Made by a program: the position numbers and the translations under genes | In this document: in pieces, positions 20,821 through 30,895 of the stretch | Numbering within the stretch: position 1 is the stretch's first letter | Layout of the letters: each line of letters starts with the position of its first letter | Notes under the pieces: generated by a model | Database searches by the model: none | Seen by the model: the letters and a program-made list of their open reading frames with translations, nothing else | Told to the model about the DNA's origin: nothing | From: Sulfolobales archaeon | GTDB taxonomy: Archaea; Thermoproteota; Thermoprotei_A; Sulfolobales; NBVN01 | DNA: 64,000 bases | Assembly: GCA_038832865.1 (NCBI GenBank) | Contig: JAWBJE010000003.1 | Span: forward strand, 30,775 to 94,774 | Direction of reading: 5' to 3'

Positions 20821-22248
20821 TTGCCAACCACGAGTCTGGAGAGCGGTATAGGTGGGATTTCATTGTATGACCTGGTCGTACTGGGTGGCGGTCCGGCAGG
20901 GTACTTGGCCGCAGCTAGAGCTAGCTCCCAAGGACTTAGAGTTGCCTTAATCGAGAAAAAACTTCTTGGTGGTGAGTGCACCAACTGGGGTTGCATACCT
21001 ACTAAGACCTTAATAGAGGTATCTGAGAGTTTCCATAAATTAAAGCTGATGCGGCAAGCAGGTTTTTCTCTTGATGTTAAGTCAATAGCGTGGGAACAGC
21101 TATCTGAGTACATCTCTAGAGCGGTTTTACGATCTCGAGAGGGGGTTAAGACTCTTCTTAGTGACGTCGAAGTAATTGAAGGGTTTGGTAAACTCGCTAG
21201 CCCCAGAAGAGTTAGAGTGAAAACTAGCGGGTCGGTTAGAGACCTGGAGTCTAGATATATCTTGGTAGCTACTGGCTCAGACCCTAAGGACATCCCATCC
21301 GCTAAAATAGATGGTGAATACGTGATCACAAATAGAGAGTTTTTCGAGTTAAAGCGGATTCCAGACTCTATAACCGTGATTGGTGCTGGAGCTGTCGGAG
21401 TAGAGATAGCTACGGCGCTAGCCATGTTGGATAGAGAAGTTTACCTAGTTGAAATACTAGAAAGACCTCTCTACTTCGCTGATCCGGACGTTTCAGCTGT
21501 AGTCGAGAGAAGCCTTAGGAGATTGGGCGTTAAAGCGTTCTTTAAAGCTGTCACTAAGAGTGTCGAGATAGTAAATGGAACAGCCGTTACGACGATATCT
21601 CTAGGTGACGGGTCGGTAAAGGTCTTAAAGTCGGAAAAAGTGCTGGTGGCCGTAGGGAGAAAACCTAACGTAGAAAACATCGGTCTCGAGATTGTTGGAA
21701 TAGAGTACGACACCAAGTCCGGTATAAAGGTAGGTGAGAACATGGTTACAAACGTGCCGAGTATCTTAGCCGCCGGTGATGTAACTGGTCCACCCCAACT
21801 GGCTCACAAAGCGCTGAGAGAGGCCGTCATCGCTTCGGACTACGTCATGGGATACGCAAACCTGCCACCGAGGACCCCCATTCCCCAGGTCGTATTCTCC
21901 CATCCGCAGGTAGCTCTTGTAGGACTAACAGAGCAGGACGCAGCGACAGCAGGCGTAAGCTACAGAGTCTTCAAATTCCCCTACGTAGCCCTTGGGAGAA
22001 ATACTACGGCGCTAGCTAAGAGTAGCGAAGGCTTTGTTAAGGTTCTAGTGGGCGATAGTGGAAAGATACTAGGGGCCCAAATAGTGGGTAACGAAGCGTC
22101 GGAGTTGATACATGTCTTCTGTTTAGCTGTAGCTAAGAATCTGAGTATTAAGGATGTCGCTGACGTAATCTACGCCCATCCTACATACTCGGAGGTGATA
22201 GGTGAGGTGGCCAACCTAGCTTTAGGACGACCGATGCACATAAGATAA
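20821..22248 (+). CDS. dihydrolipoamide dehydrogenase-family pyridine nucleotide-disulfide oxidoreductase
   Basis: FAD motif VVLGGGPAGY, redox-active disulfide GGECTNWGCIPTK, NAD motif VIGAGAVGVE, and C-terminal HAHPTYSE dimerisation motif. Confidence 0.8.
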   Translation: MPTTSLESGIGGISLYDLVVLGGGPAGYLAAARASSQGLRVALIEKKLLGGECTNWGCIPTKTLIEVSESFHKLKLMRQAGFSLDVKSIAWEQLSEYISRAVLRSREGVKTLLSDVEVIEGFGKLASPRRVRVKTSGSVRDLESRYILVATGSDPKDIPSAKIDGEYVITNREFFELKRIPDSITVIGAGAVGVEIATALAMLDREVYLVEILERPLYFADPDVSAVVERSLRRLGVKAFFKAVTKSVEIVNGTAVTTISLGDGSVKVLKSEKVLVAVGRKPNVENIGLEIVGIEYDTKSGIKVGENMVTNVPSILAAGDVTGPPQLAHKALREAVIASDYVMGYANLPPRTPIPQVVFSHPQVALVGLTEQDAATAGVSYRVFKFPYVALGRNTTALAKSSEGFVKVLVGDSGKILGAQIVGNEASELIHVFCLAVAKNLSIKDVADVIYAHPTYSEVIGEVANLALGRPMHIR

Positions 22249-22256
22249 CTGCTTTA

Positions 22257-23129
22257 CTACGACCCCCCTTTCCTAGAGAAAACCTCTAGCCCCCTTATCC
22301 TCTCACTAGGCGGTTCCGCTAAAGAAGCCACACATTTCACGGCTAGCCGTGTGCATATCTCTGTAAAGGCTTTGACGACAGATGACCACCAAGTCTTGTT
22401 ACTCGCTAAGGACTCTATCTTCTCGAAGTCCCCAACGACTGAACCGAGGGAGCTGCGCACTCTGGGAGTAACCCTTAGTTTATCCATGAGAACTAAGCTC
22501 ACATGCCCATAAACGGCCTCAAGAACTCTTGCGAATGAGGCCACATCGTCGTTAAAGCCCGGGACCACCGGTCCGTAGAAAAGCCACGTCTTCAAGCCTT
22601 CTTCAGATACCTTGGTTAAAGCTCTAACTCTCTGCGCAGGTGACGGGGCACCCGGCTCTAGTAGAGAAGCCACGCTAGAGTCTAGAGTTATGATCGTGAA
22701 ACCCACGTCAACCATATCTCTGAAGCTCCTAAGAATGTCGATGTCTCTCAGGACCAGGGGAGACTTCGTCTGGATGCTTACCCTAAAGCCCCGCTTTAGT
22801 AGCAGTTCTATGGACCTACGCGTTAATTTTTCGACAGACTCGACCGGTTGGTAGGGGTCTGTTATAGTTGAAATGCCTACAGTACCCGGCCTAAGCTTCC
22901 TGGTCTCCCTCTCTAGTATACTGAGGAGGTTTTCTTTAACGCACACGAGAAATCCCCAATTTTCAGCGACTTCCGGTCGTCTCGTATAGTCTCTAGCGTA
23001 ACAGTAAAGACAGCCGTGTGAGCAACCGACGTAAGGATTGAGCGAGTAGTCTAGGTCTGGCAGACCGGACCGAGATAGAGCAGTTCTAACGCTTATCCTA
23101 GTTATTCTAGCTCCAGGGTGTTCAGTCAA
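22257..23129 (-). CDS. radical SAM protein of the SplB/'DNA repair photolyase' type
   Basis: NPYVGCSHGCLYCYA cluster motif. Overlaps the upstream Nre-like gene by 8 nt. Paralog at 44875..45810. Confidence 0.7.
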   Translation of the reverse strand: MTEHPGARITRISVRTALSRSGLPDLDYSLNPYVGCSHGCLYCYARDYTRRPEVAENWGFLVCVKENLLSILERETRKLRPGTVGISTITDPYQPVESVEKLTRRSIELLLKRGFRVSIQTKSPLVLRDIDILRSFRDMVDVGFTIITLDSSVASLLEPGAPSPAQRVRALTKVSEEGLKTWLFYGPVVPGFNDDVASFARVLEAVYGHVSLVLMDKLRVTPRVRSSLGSVVGDFEKIESLASNKTWWSSVVKAFTEICTRLAVKCVASLAEPPSERIRGLEVFSRKGGS

Positions 23130-24345
23130 AGAGCCTCTTACCTCTGGTTAGGAGGCCTAGTATCCTCGAGCGAGAGACTATATTTTCTATTGGAACCTTA
23201 GTTATACCTCTAAGGTCTGCGAGAAGCTCTCTCAGGGTTTTGTAGCTCCTATACTGAGTACTCAAAAGTGCTCTAACCATCTCTCTCACGAACCACACAC
23301 CTACCGGGACGTTAAAGCTTGGATAGATCTCCCTATAGAGTACTGCTCCAGCTTGTCGCCCAAGCCTATTTAGATACTCAGCCACAGCTAGTCTTGAAGC
23401 ATAGTAACATCCTCCTATGGAGGGGTACTCCCTTCTCTTGCTCGTAACCTCCCAGTCTCCTTCCACTACGACTTCTCTACCAAAGAGGTTCCAGGTCGAA
23501 CCCGGAAACCATGCTTCCATCCACTCAAACATCCAGCGAGTAGGTAGTAAGATTGCTACAAACAGGTTCCCGCTTCTCGACAAACAGTACAACCTGAAAT
23601 CGTTTATTGTAGGTTTATCCACTATCTTCTTTATCAAGGCCTCCGATATGGTTGAGTCAACGGCCGTTATGGCCCACCTGGTGGGCACGAGCTTCCTTCT
23701 GCTCTCTAGTCCTAAAGAACCTATAGATAACAACCTCATAATCATGGATACCGGCACGGACGACGTATAGAGATAGAGAATGGCGCTTCTAGCATCTAAA
23801 TCTCTGTCCCCGTATACCTTCTCAACATGCCTATTCACATAAGGGTTAGAAGTGAGGTCTAACCTCTTAACTGGTGCTAGAGGACCCATCGGCGGCACGT
23901 GTTCATCTAGTAAGACCCTCGGCCTAATACTTTTCTCAAAAAAGACCTCCACGTCGACGGGCTTAGAGGATAAGGCGATCTCCCTTATCTTATTCACGAA
24001 ACTGTTACTTACATCATAGACTCCGAGAGTCTTTCCTCCACGAATCAGAGTCAATCTAAACCTCAGCACTTCGTCTAATGGTAGGTCTAACCACTTCTCT
24101 GGTTGGTCGTATACTGATGTATCACCAACCTCTGGTGGAAGACCTGCTGCCACAATAACGCGGGGATAGCCCATCCAACTCACAAAAACGGAAGGTGGCG
24201 ACGTGCTTGAAAGCTCGTAGGAGACTCTCTTCAGAGTATAAAGAGAGGAAGTCCTAATGAGGACTGGGCAGTACTCTAAGCCGCAGAGCCTTCTCGAACC
24301 CCCGCGGCATAAAACGCATAGTCTGCTGTCTATCAACTTCCTCAT
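23122..24345 (-). CDS. Nre-family protein (DUF650/DUF651, putative DNA-repair associated)
   Basis: N-terminal CVLCRGGSRRLCGLEYCP zinc-ribbon-like motif and about 400 aa length match my recollection of archaeal Nre proteins. Not verifiable without a search. Confidence 0.55.
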   Translation of the reverse strand: MRKLIDSRLCVLCRGGSRRLCGLEYCPVLIRTSSLYTLKRVSYELSSTSPPSVFVSWMGYPRVIVAAGLPPEVGDTSVYDQPEKWLDLPLDEVLRFRLTLIRGGKTLGVYDVSNSFVNKIREIALSSKPVDVEVFFEKSIRPRVLLDEHVPPMGPLAPVKRLDLTSNPYVNRHVEKVYGDRDLDARSAILYLYTSSVPVSMIMRLLSIGSLGLESRRKLVPTRWAITAVDSTISEALIKKIVDKPTINDFRLYCLSRSGNLFVAILLPTRWMFEWMEAWFPGSTWNLFGREVVVEGDWEVTSKRREYPSIGGCYYASRLAVAEYLNRLGRQAGAVLYREIYPSFNVPVGVWFVREMVRALLSTQYRSYKTLRELLADLRGITKVPIENIVSRSRILGLLTRGKRLFD

Positions 24346-24687
24346 ATGTATTGAGGCAATGTGGCTAATATTACCGCTACAACTCTGCCTTCATTGATAG
24401 CCGATATTTACGAGTCCTCCGGATTTCGCGCTCTGGGGAGGCTTCTACCTCACACTCTCTTTGGCTATATTAAGCATGCTCTTAGCCGTCTATGGCTGAG
24501 AGCCGTCTATAGAACGCCTCCATAGGCTCTCGCTAGCGTTATACGCGTGTCCACAGAGTTCGCACAGCTACCGTAGCCCGAAACCTTGAAATTGAGACCA
24601 ATGAGCTTTCGAAAAATAAACCCGTGGTGTCTATGTGTAGCGCTGCTTTTCTAAAGTGTCACCATAAGCTAACTTACGGGCTGGCAC

Positions 24688-25155
24688 TTGGCAGTTCCTC
24701 CACAATTACTACTAGGGCTAGGGTTCTCAGCAGAACAGCTGGATTGCGCCGGTGTAAAGCTTACTCTCTGCGAAGTTTACTGTTTCGGCGGAGGTGGGGA
24801 AGTCCTCCCGGAGAGTAAGAAGATTCCACAGTACTTAGAGTTAAAGCCGAGGGATGATGGAGTGTTCACTTTAGAGAAAGGTGCTTACTTGATTCGATAC
24901 TGTGAATACGTTAAAGTACCCGAGGACGCCATGGCTCTGGCAATCCCGCGCTCCAGCTTGCTGAGGTCGGGAGTCACGATCTTTACAGCCGTATGGGACC
25001 CAGGTTACGAGGGAAGAGGGTACGGACTGATGCTCGTCCTAAACAATCACGGGATAAAAATAGGTGTTAAAGCTCAGGTAGCTCAGCTAGTGTACTTGAG
25101 GCTCAGCGAAAAATCGGCGATCCCATATCGGGGAACTTATTATCTTGAGAGGTAG
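24688..25155 (+). CDS. dUTPase/dCTP deaminase-superfamily protein
   Basis: PRSSLLRSGV and VWDPGYEGRGYGLM segments are typical of the DCD/DUT beta-barrel. TTG start, and the true start is uncertain. Confidence 0.7.
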   Translation: MAVPPQLLLGLGFSAEQLDCAGVKLTLCEVYCFGGGGEVLPESKKIPQYLELKPRDDGVFTLEKGAYLIRYCEYVKVPEDAMALAIPRSSLLRSGVTIFTAVWDPGYEGRGYGLMLVLNNHGIKIGVKAQVAQLVYLRLSEKSAIPYRGTYYLER

Positions 25156-26568
25156 CTACTCATAGGTACCGCATTTATTGACTATTTTAATTATTTTGTC
25201 TAAAACATCGTTCGGATCCTTCCCGAACACCCTAATCATGGGTTCTTTGCCAATATCACCCAAGTCTGCTAGAACGTCCGGCACCCTACCCAGCTGCTCA
25301 ACGGCTTTTCTCAGCATCCACGGGAGCGACGCTCCTTCGACTCTCCTGACCTCCTCGGGCTCCTCCCTTCTATCGATCACTACCACGGACATCCCCAGCT
25401 TTCTAGCCGCTTCTACGAGTTCGCTGCTGTACCTTATGTTCATGGCTGACCTAGTGCTAGGATCGTACTTCATGGCCTCGAGTACGAGTCTCGCGACGTG
25501 TTCTGATGCCCCAGCTTGTGGATATGCGTACACCTTAACTCTGCCGGCATGCTTGACGATCCTACCCGGAACCCCCACGACGTCTGCTGTGCTGAGAGCT
25601 AGATGTTTAGGTACCGCATAGACGAGATTCGATTGAACTTCCGGAATTACTTGCGCTAGTTTTCTGGAGAGGTGCTCTGAGGACATTCTGTCTAGCGCTT
25701 CTGCGAGAGTCCTCTGAGCTCTATAGAGTTCCGCATCAAGCTCGATAAAGGCTATCGGATTGACCGGACAAGACCCTTTGCCAACCTTATAGGAGCGAGT
25801 TATCGCTACGACAATGAAGTTCTTGGCCTCAACTATAGAATCCAATATTGGAAGACCTCTAGCTAGATTAGCTGCTATGGCTGCTGAAAAAGAGCAGCCT
25901 GTACCGTGGGTGCATCCATCAACTCTAGGCGATTCGATGCGCTTAATGACCCCACCTACGTAAACAACGTCGATAGCTCTTGGCCCTTGATGTATGTGTC
26001 CGCCCTTAACTACTACTGCTTCAACACCTAGCTCTCGCGCGATGACCTTAGCCGCTACTTCAGCATCATCCAACTTCTCGATCTTAACGCCCGAGAGGAT
26101 TTCAGCCTCGGACCTATTCGGTGTGACTACTTTAGCCAGCGGAAGTAGGTCTCTCTTGAGAGTCTCTATAGCTTCGTCAGCTAAAAGCTTAGCTCCACTT
26201 TTTGCGACCATCACTGGGTCGACAACGAGCGGGAAGCCGTAGCTCTTAACGGACCTCGCTACAGCTCTAACTATCGGTGAAGAACTGAGCATGCCCGTCT
26301 TTGCCGCATCAATTCCCATATCCTCCCATACTGCCTTGATCTGTAGCTCCACAAACTCTGGCGGAACCTCGTGAATCCCTATGACTGAGTAGGTATTTTG
26401 GGCCGTCAAAGCCGTTACTGCTAGCGTCCCGTGAACTCCCAAAGCGGCGAACGTCTTTAAGTCGGCAGCTATACCGGCTCCACCGCTGGAGTCGACGCCA
26501 GCTATGGTCATAGCCACAGGAATCTCTCGCCCTCCCATCTTTCCCCCAATATGAAGCCGCCTAAACAT
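25156..26568 (-). CDS. thiDN: bifunctional HMP/HMP-P kinase ThiD fused to the ThiN thiamine-phosphate synthase domain
   Basis: N-terminal ThiD signature MTIAGVDSSGGAGIAADLKT...GTGCSFSAAIAA. An additional ThiN-sized domain of about 190 aa follows at the C-terminus. Confidence 0.85.
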   Translation of the reverse strand: MFRRLHIGGKMGGREIPVAMTIAGVDSSGGAGIAADLKTFAALGVHGTLAVTALTAQNTYSVIGIHEVPPEFVELQIKAVWEDMGIDAAKTGMLSSSPIVRAVARSVKSYGFPLVVDPVMVAKSGAKLLADEAIETLKRDLLPLAKVVTPNRSEAEILSGVKIEKLDDAEVAAKVIARELGVEAVVVKGGHIHQGPRAIDVVYVGGVIKRIESPRVDGCTHGTGCSFSAAIAANLARGLPILDSIVEAKNFIVVAITRSYKVGKGSCPVNPIAFIELDAELYRAQRTLAEALDRMSSEHLSRKLAQVIPEVQSNLVYAVPKHLALSTADVVGVPGRIVKHAGRVKVYAYPQAGASEHVARLVLEAMKYDPSTRSAMNIRYSSELVEAARKLGMSVVVIDRREEPEEVRRVEGASLPWMLRKAVEQLGRVPDVLADLGDIGKEPMIRVFGKDPNDVLDKIIKIVNKCGTYE

Positions 26569-26609
26569 TTAATAGCATCCACCGGACTCCCTACACCAAG
26601 TTAGGACTC

Positions 26610-29600
26610 GTGATTCTTATTAACCTTGTTTTAAATAAAGCTATGACGTGCGGTGCTAGAGCTATGAGTACTGTAGACGAGTTCATAGTCTTTCTGAGGA
26701 ACCTGGCGGAGAAATGGTCGCGTCTCTACCACGAAAGCAGGGTATTCGAAGCGGATCCACTAGAGGGAGTCCCGAAGTACTTTCTGACGGCAGCGTACAT
26801 GTATCCAAACGCACCTATTCACGCAGGCCACGGCAGGACTTACTTGATAGCCGACGTACTAGCTAGGTACAAGAGGCTCCTCGGCTACAACGTCCTTTTC
26901 CCGATGGGTTTTCACTATACGGGGACCCCGGTACTAGTGAGAGTGGAAGCTATTCTGGAGAACAACACTAAGGAAATAGAGGTTATGTCAAAGTCTTTCA
27001 ACGTCGATGTAGAGACTTTAAAGAAGCTGAGAGACCCGATAAGCTTTGCTAGATACTTCCACGAGCTATCTAAGAACGTAATGAAGAAGTACGGACTCAG
27101 CATTGACTGGAGGAGAGAGTTCACCACGGTAGACCCTGAATACAAGGCATTCATACGATGGCAGTTTAGTAAACTCCTCAAGTTAGGACTACTAATAAAG
27201 GGTACTTACCCTGTCGGCTGGTGCCCAAGGCACGGAATGCCTGTAAGCATGCACGACACTGAAGGGGATGTTGAGCCGGAAGTCGGAAACTTGACAATAA
27301 TAAAGTTCACAGACGAGCGTGGGGTAGTGTTCCCAGCTGCCACTCTGAGACCCGAGACAGTTCTGGGTGTCACAAACATCTGGATAAACCCGGAAGCTAA
27401 GTACTGCTTATCTAGAGTGGGTGACGAGAAGTGGGTTATATCTTGCGAAGCCGTTAGTAAGCTAAGACACCAGCTGAAGAAGGTTGACGTCTTAGAGGAG
27501 GTAGCTGGTTCCACCCTCATTGGCAGAGAGTTGTTGAATCCGGTCACAGGTGAGAGAGTCAAGATACTCCCGGCCGCATTCGTTAACCCGAGGTTTGCCA
27601 CCGGCATCGTGATGTCGGTCCCAGCTCACGCGCCGTACGACTACGTCGCCCTCCGCGAATACGTAGAAAAGAACCTCGGGGGTGTGTGGACAAAGGAGCT
27701 CACTCCACGTCCACTAATTGAAGTGCCAGGCTACAGCGACCTGCCGGCTAAAGACGTTGTGGAGGAGCTCGGGATATCCGGTCAGAACGATATAGCTCGC
27801 TTAGAGGAGGCTACAAAGAGGATATACAGGGAGGAGTTCGAGAGAGGAGTTGTCAGACGAGACGTAGTCTCCTACGTTGCTAGTCAGAACCCTGTGGTAC
27901 TTGAGTACCTAGAAAAGCACGTAGCCGGAAAGGCCGTTCGGGAGGCTAGAGAAAACATCAAAACTTTACTGGGGAAGCTCGGGGCCATGGACTCTATGTA
28001 CGAGGTAATTAACGCACCCGTACGCTGCCGTTGCGGTACAGAGGTCATCGTAAAGGTTTTAGAGAACCAGTGGTTCATCGATTACGGAAACGAGAACTGG
28101 AAGAGCCTGGCCAAGAAAGCCTTAGCAGGTATGAGGATAATTCCCGAGGAAGCAAGAAAGGGTATCGAGGCTACTATTGATTGGCTAAGGGAGAGGGCGT
28201 GCGCTAGAACTAGAGGATTAGGTACAGAACTGCCATGGGAGCCTGGGTGGGTCATAGAGGCCTTAAGTGATTCGACAATATACATGGCTTTCTATACAGT
28301 TATTCACAAGATTAGGAGCTTGGGTATACAAGCGGATAAGCTGGATGAGTCCTTCTGGGATTATGTGTTCTTAGGATTAGGAAACGCCGAGGAAGTGGCG
28401 TCCAAGGCGGGTATTAAAGTAGAGGACCTGAACTCGATTAGGAAGGAGTTCCTCTACTGGTATCCACTCGATTCCAGACATAGCGGTAAGGACCTGATAC
28501 CTAATCACCTAACCTTCTTTATATTTAACCACGTGGCGCTATTTCCAAGAGAACTCTGGCCAAAACAGATAGTAGCAAACGGGTGGGTTCTCATAGAAGG
28601 GGCACGGATGTCTAAATCTAAAGGTAACGTTAAGCTATTGGGTAACCTCATAGATACCTACTCCCCCGATGCACTGCGATTAGGGTTGGCAATGAGCGCT
28701 GAAGTTGACCAAGACCTTGACTTAAGCGAGGACACGATACTGTCCGCAGTCAAGCAGCTCATGAGGATCTACAACACCATTCGCGAGATACTTAATAGAG
28801 CAACCGACGAAGACGGTAGATTGCCTGATGAGTGGTTGAGGAAGGTTCTTTCTCGGCACGTAGCTGGATACATAAGCGAACTCGATAACGTGAAGCTGAG
28901 GGCCGCGTCCATTAGGGTATACGTTAGGATGCTAGAAGACCTGGAGACTTACGTAAAATGGGCTGGTATTCCGGGAAAGGCCGCTAGAGAATACTTAAGT
29001 ACCTGGGTGAAGATGATGTCCCCTATTACTCCCTTTATAGCTGAGGAGCTCTGGAGCTTGATTGGGGGTTGTGGCTATGTAGCTAAAGCTGTAATAGATA
29101 AGGAGCTAGCACGCGTAGACGAGCTCTTTGAGGTAGAACAAAGATACGTTGACTTAGTTACTGAGGACATAAAGTCCGTTCTCGAGGTAGTTAGTGGAGA
29201 CACTGTGGTCATTTATACTCTAGATAAGGAATCTGCGTGGATAGCAAAGAGAGTAGCTGAAGAAATGCTCAGTGGAGCTGAAATGAGCAACATTATTAGG
29301 AGGCTGTCGCGTGAACTAGCCGAGTCAGGCATAAGGCAACCGGATAGAGTGATCAGAACGGTCTACGAAGTAGTAAGTTACTTAGGACCCGAGAAACTAA
29401 TCAAGTACTTTGAAACATCCAAAGAGTTCGATGAGTTCAGCGTGTTGACTAAGTACCGAGGACTTATAGTCACTAAGCTCGGTCTAAAAGACCTAGTTGT
29501 TTATAGAGCTAGTGACCCTGGAGCACCTGATCTCGGCGGGAGAAAGAGCAGGGCATCTCCACTCAAACCCGGAATCTACGTTACGTCGAGTACTAGCCGA

Positions 29601-29612
29601 CCTTCTACGTAA
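26610..29612 (+). CDS. leuS: leucyl-tRNA synthetase
   Basis: Class I HIGH-type motif PIHAGHGRTY, KMSKS-type RMSKSKGN and a CP1 editing insertion. About 950-1000 aa. The start is probably a downstream ATG (MSTVDEF...). Confidence 0.92.
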   Translation: MILINLVLNKAMTCGARAMSTVDEFIVFLRNLAEKWSRLYHESRVFEADPLEGVPKYFLTAAYMYPNAPIHAGHGRTYLIADVLARYKRLLGYNVLFPMGFHYTGTPVLVRVEAILENNTKEIEVMSKSFNVDVETLKKLRDPISFARYFHELSKNVMKKYGLSIDWRREFTTVDPEYKAFIRWQFSKLLKLGLLIKGTYPVGWCPRHGMPVSMHDTEGDVEPEVGNLTIIKFTDERGVVFPAATLRPETVLGVTNIWINPEAKYCLSRVGDEKWVISCEAVSKLRHQLKKVDVLEEVAGSTLIGRELLNPVTGERVKILPAAFVNPRFATGIVMSVPAHAPYDYVALREYVEKNLGGVWTKELTPRPLIEVPGYSDLPAKDVVEELGISGQNDIARLEEATKRIYREEFERGVVRRDVVSYVASQNPVVLEYLEKHVAGKAVREARENIKTLLGKLGAMDSMYEVINAPVRCRCGTEVIVKVLENQWFIDYGNENWKSLAKKALAGMRIIPEEARKGIEATIDWLRERACARTRGLGTELPWEPGWVIEALSDSTIYMAFYTVIHKIRSLGIQADKLDESFWDYVFLGLGNAEEVASKAGIKVEDLNSIRKEFLYWYPLDSRHSGKDLIPNHLTFFIFNHVALFPRELWPKQIVANGWVLIEGARMSKSKGNVKLLGNLIDTYSPDALRLGLAMSAEVDQDLDLSEDTILSAVKQLMRIYNTIREILNRATDEDGRLPDEWLRKVLSRHVAGYISELDNVKLRAASIRVYVRMLEDLETYVKWAGIPGKAAREYLSTWVKMMSPITPFIAEELWSLIGGCGYVAKAVIDKELARVDELFEVEQRYVDLVTEDIKSVLEVVSGDTVVIYTLDKESAWIAKRVAEEMLSGAEMSNIIRRLSRELAESGIRQPDRVIRTVYEVVSYLGPEKLIKYFETSKEFDEFSVLTKYRGLIVTKLGLKDLVVYRASDPGAPDLGGRKSRASPLKPGIYVTSSTSRPST

Positions 29613-29791
29613 CGTTGAGGTTTTACCCTAAACATCCCAACTATAAGCCCCCTAGGGAGGAGCTCTACACGAAAGATGTTGTGCCCTTAAAAGCGTAATC
29701 AGATGAAGAAAGATTATTTGGATTTCATCACTGCCAGCCTTTATTTGTGGGTATATACCTCATATCTCTTGGTGGCTAAATATTACTTAAG

Positions 29792-30895
29792 GTGGCGTGT
29801 ATGACTCGGGTAAGAGATGTTCTAGAGATACCGTATTGGAAGCTGAGACCTGGACCCAGAAATTCCATTTCAGACGTTGAAGGAGTTCGTGTAGGTCATG
29901 TAACCCTAATCGAAGGCAGAGGACCCCTGGTTCCCGGAAGAGGTCCGGTTAGAACGGGAGTTACTGTTGTACTACCTCATAGCGGCAACCTCTACAAAGA
30001 GAAAGTAATTGCTGCAGCTCACGTGATTAACGGCTTCACTAAAGCTGTTGGTTTGATACAGGTTGAAGAGCTTGGATTGATCGAGACCCCCATAGCCCTC
30101 ACTAACACCTTGAATGTAGGTTTAGTGGCAGACGGGCTCGTAGAGCTCTCAATTCAATCTAACCCCGAAATCGGAGTTACAGCCCCGACTGTTAATCCTT
30201 TAGTCCTAGAGTGCAACGATGGGTATTTAAATGATATTCAGGGGAGACACGTAAAGCAACACCACGTCCTTGAGGCAGTGAAGAAGGCCAGTGCGGACTT
30301 TGCGGAGGGATCCGTTGGTGCTGGAACCGGGACGATAGCCTTCGGGTTTAAAGGAGGTATAGGAACCTCTTCTCGCGTGGTAACTACCTCTTTGGGGACT
30401 TATATCGTAGGTGTGCTCGTTCAAACCAACTTCGGTAGAATGGAAGATTTAACTATAGGCGGTGTCCCAGTAGGTAAGTACTTGAGGGGCTTAGAATACA
30501 GCATGTTTCCTGGCTCCGTTAATGTCGTTGTAGCTACTAATGCCCCCCTCACCTACAGGCAGCTGAAGAGGGTAGCGAAGAGGGTTCAATCCGGTCTAGC
30601 TAGAGTAGGTGGATACTCCTACCATGGAAGCGGAGAAGTTGTTGTAGCATTCACGACTGCGTATAGGATTAGGCACGGAGTTAAGGATTTATTAGACCTT
30701 AAATCGCTACCCGACGAAGAACTTAATGAGTTCTTCCGGGGAGTTATAGAAGCTACTGAAGAAGCTACTCTGAACTCTATGTTTAACTCAGTTACTCTTG
30801 ACGGAAGGGACGGACATGTGGTCTATCAAATACCCGTTGAAAAAGTGGTAGAAATTACTGGAGAATATTGCAAACGCATCTTTGTGCAGAAATGA
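29792..30895 (+). CDS. DmpA/S58-family aminopeptidase (Ntn-hydrolase)
   Basis: SISDVEGVRVGHVTL...TGVTVVLP N-terminal pattern and GTGT/GG.GTSS autoprocessing region. Confidence 0.75.
   Translation: MACMTRVRDVLEIPYWKLRPGPRNSISDVEGVRVGHVTLIEGRGPLVPGRGPVRTGVTVVLPHSGNLYKEKVIAAAHVINGFTKAVGLIQVEELGLIETPIALTNTLNVGLVADGLVELSIQSNPEIGVTAPTVNPLVLECNDGYLNDIQGRHVKQHHVLEAVKKASADFAEGSVGAGTGTIAFGFKGGIGTSSRVVTTSLGTYIVGVLVQTNFGRMEDLTIGGVPVGKYLRGLEYSMFPGSVNVVVATNAPLTYRQLKRVAKRVQSGLARVGGYSYHGSGEVVVAFTTAYRIRHGVKDLLDLKSLPDEELNEFFRGVIEATEEATLNSMFNSVTLDGRDGHVVYQIPVEKVVEITGEYCKRIFVQK

Noticed and set aside
20709-21425. Long antisense ORFs from the six-frame track: 20709-21425(-), 9521-9967(-), 13228-13635(-), 25178-25621(+), 27206-27607(-), 50857-51402(-) and 17642-17956(-).
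   Set aside because: Each lies entirely inside, and opposite to, a gene with strong family motifs. Their products are Ser/Thr/Pro/Leu-rich shadow translations with no motifs.
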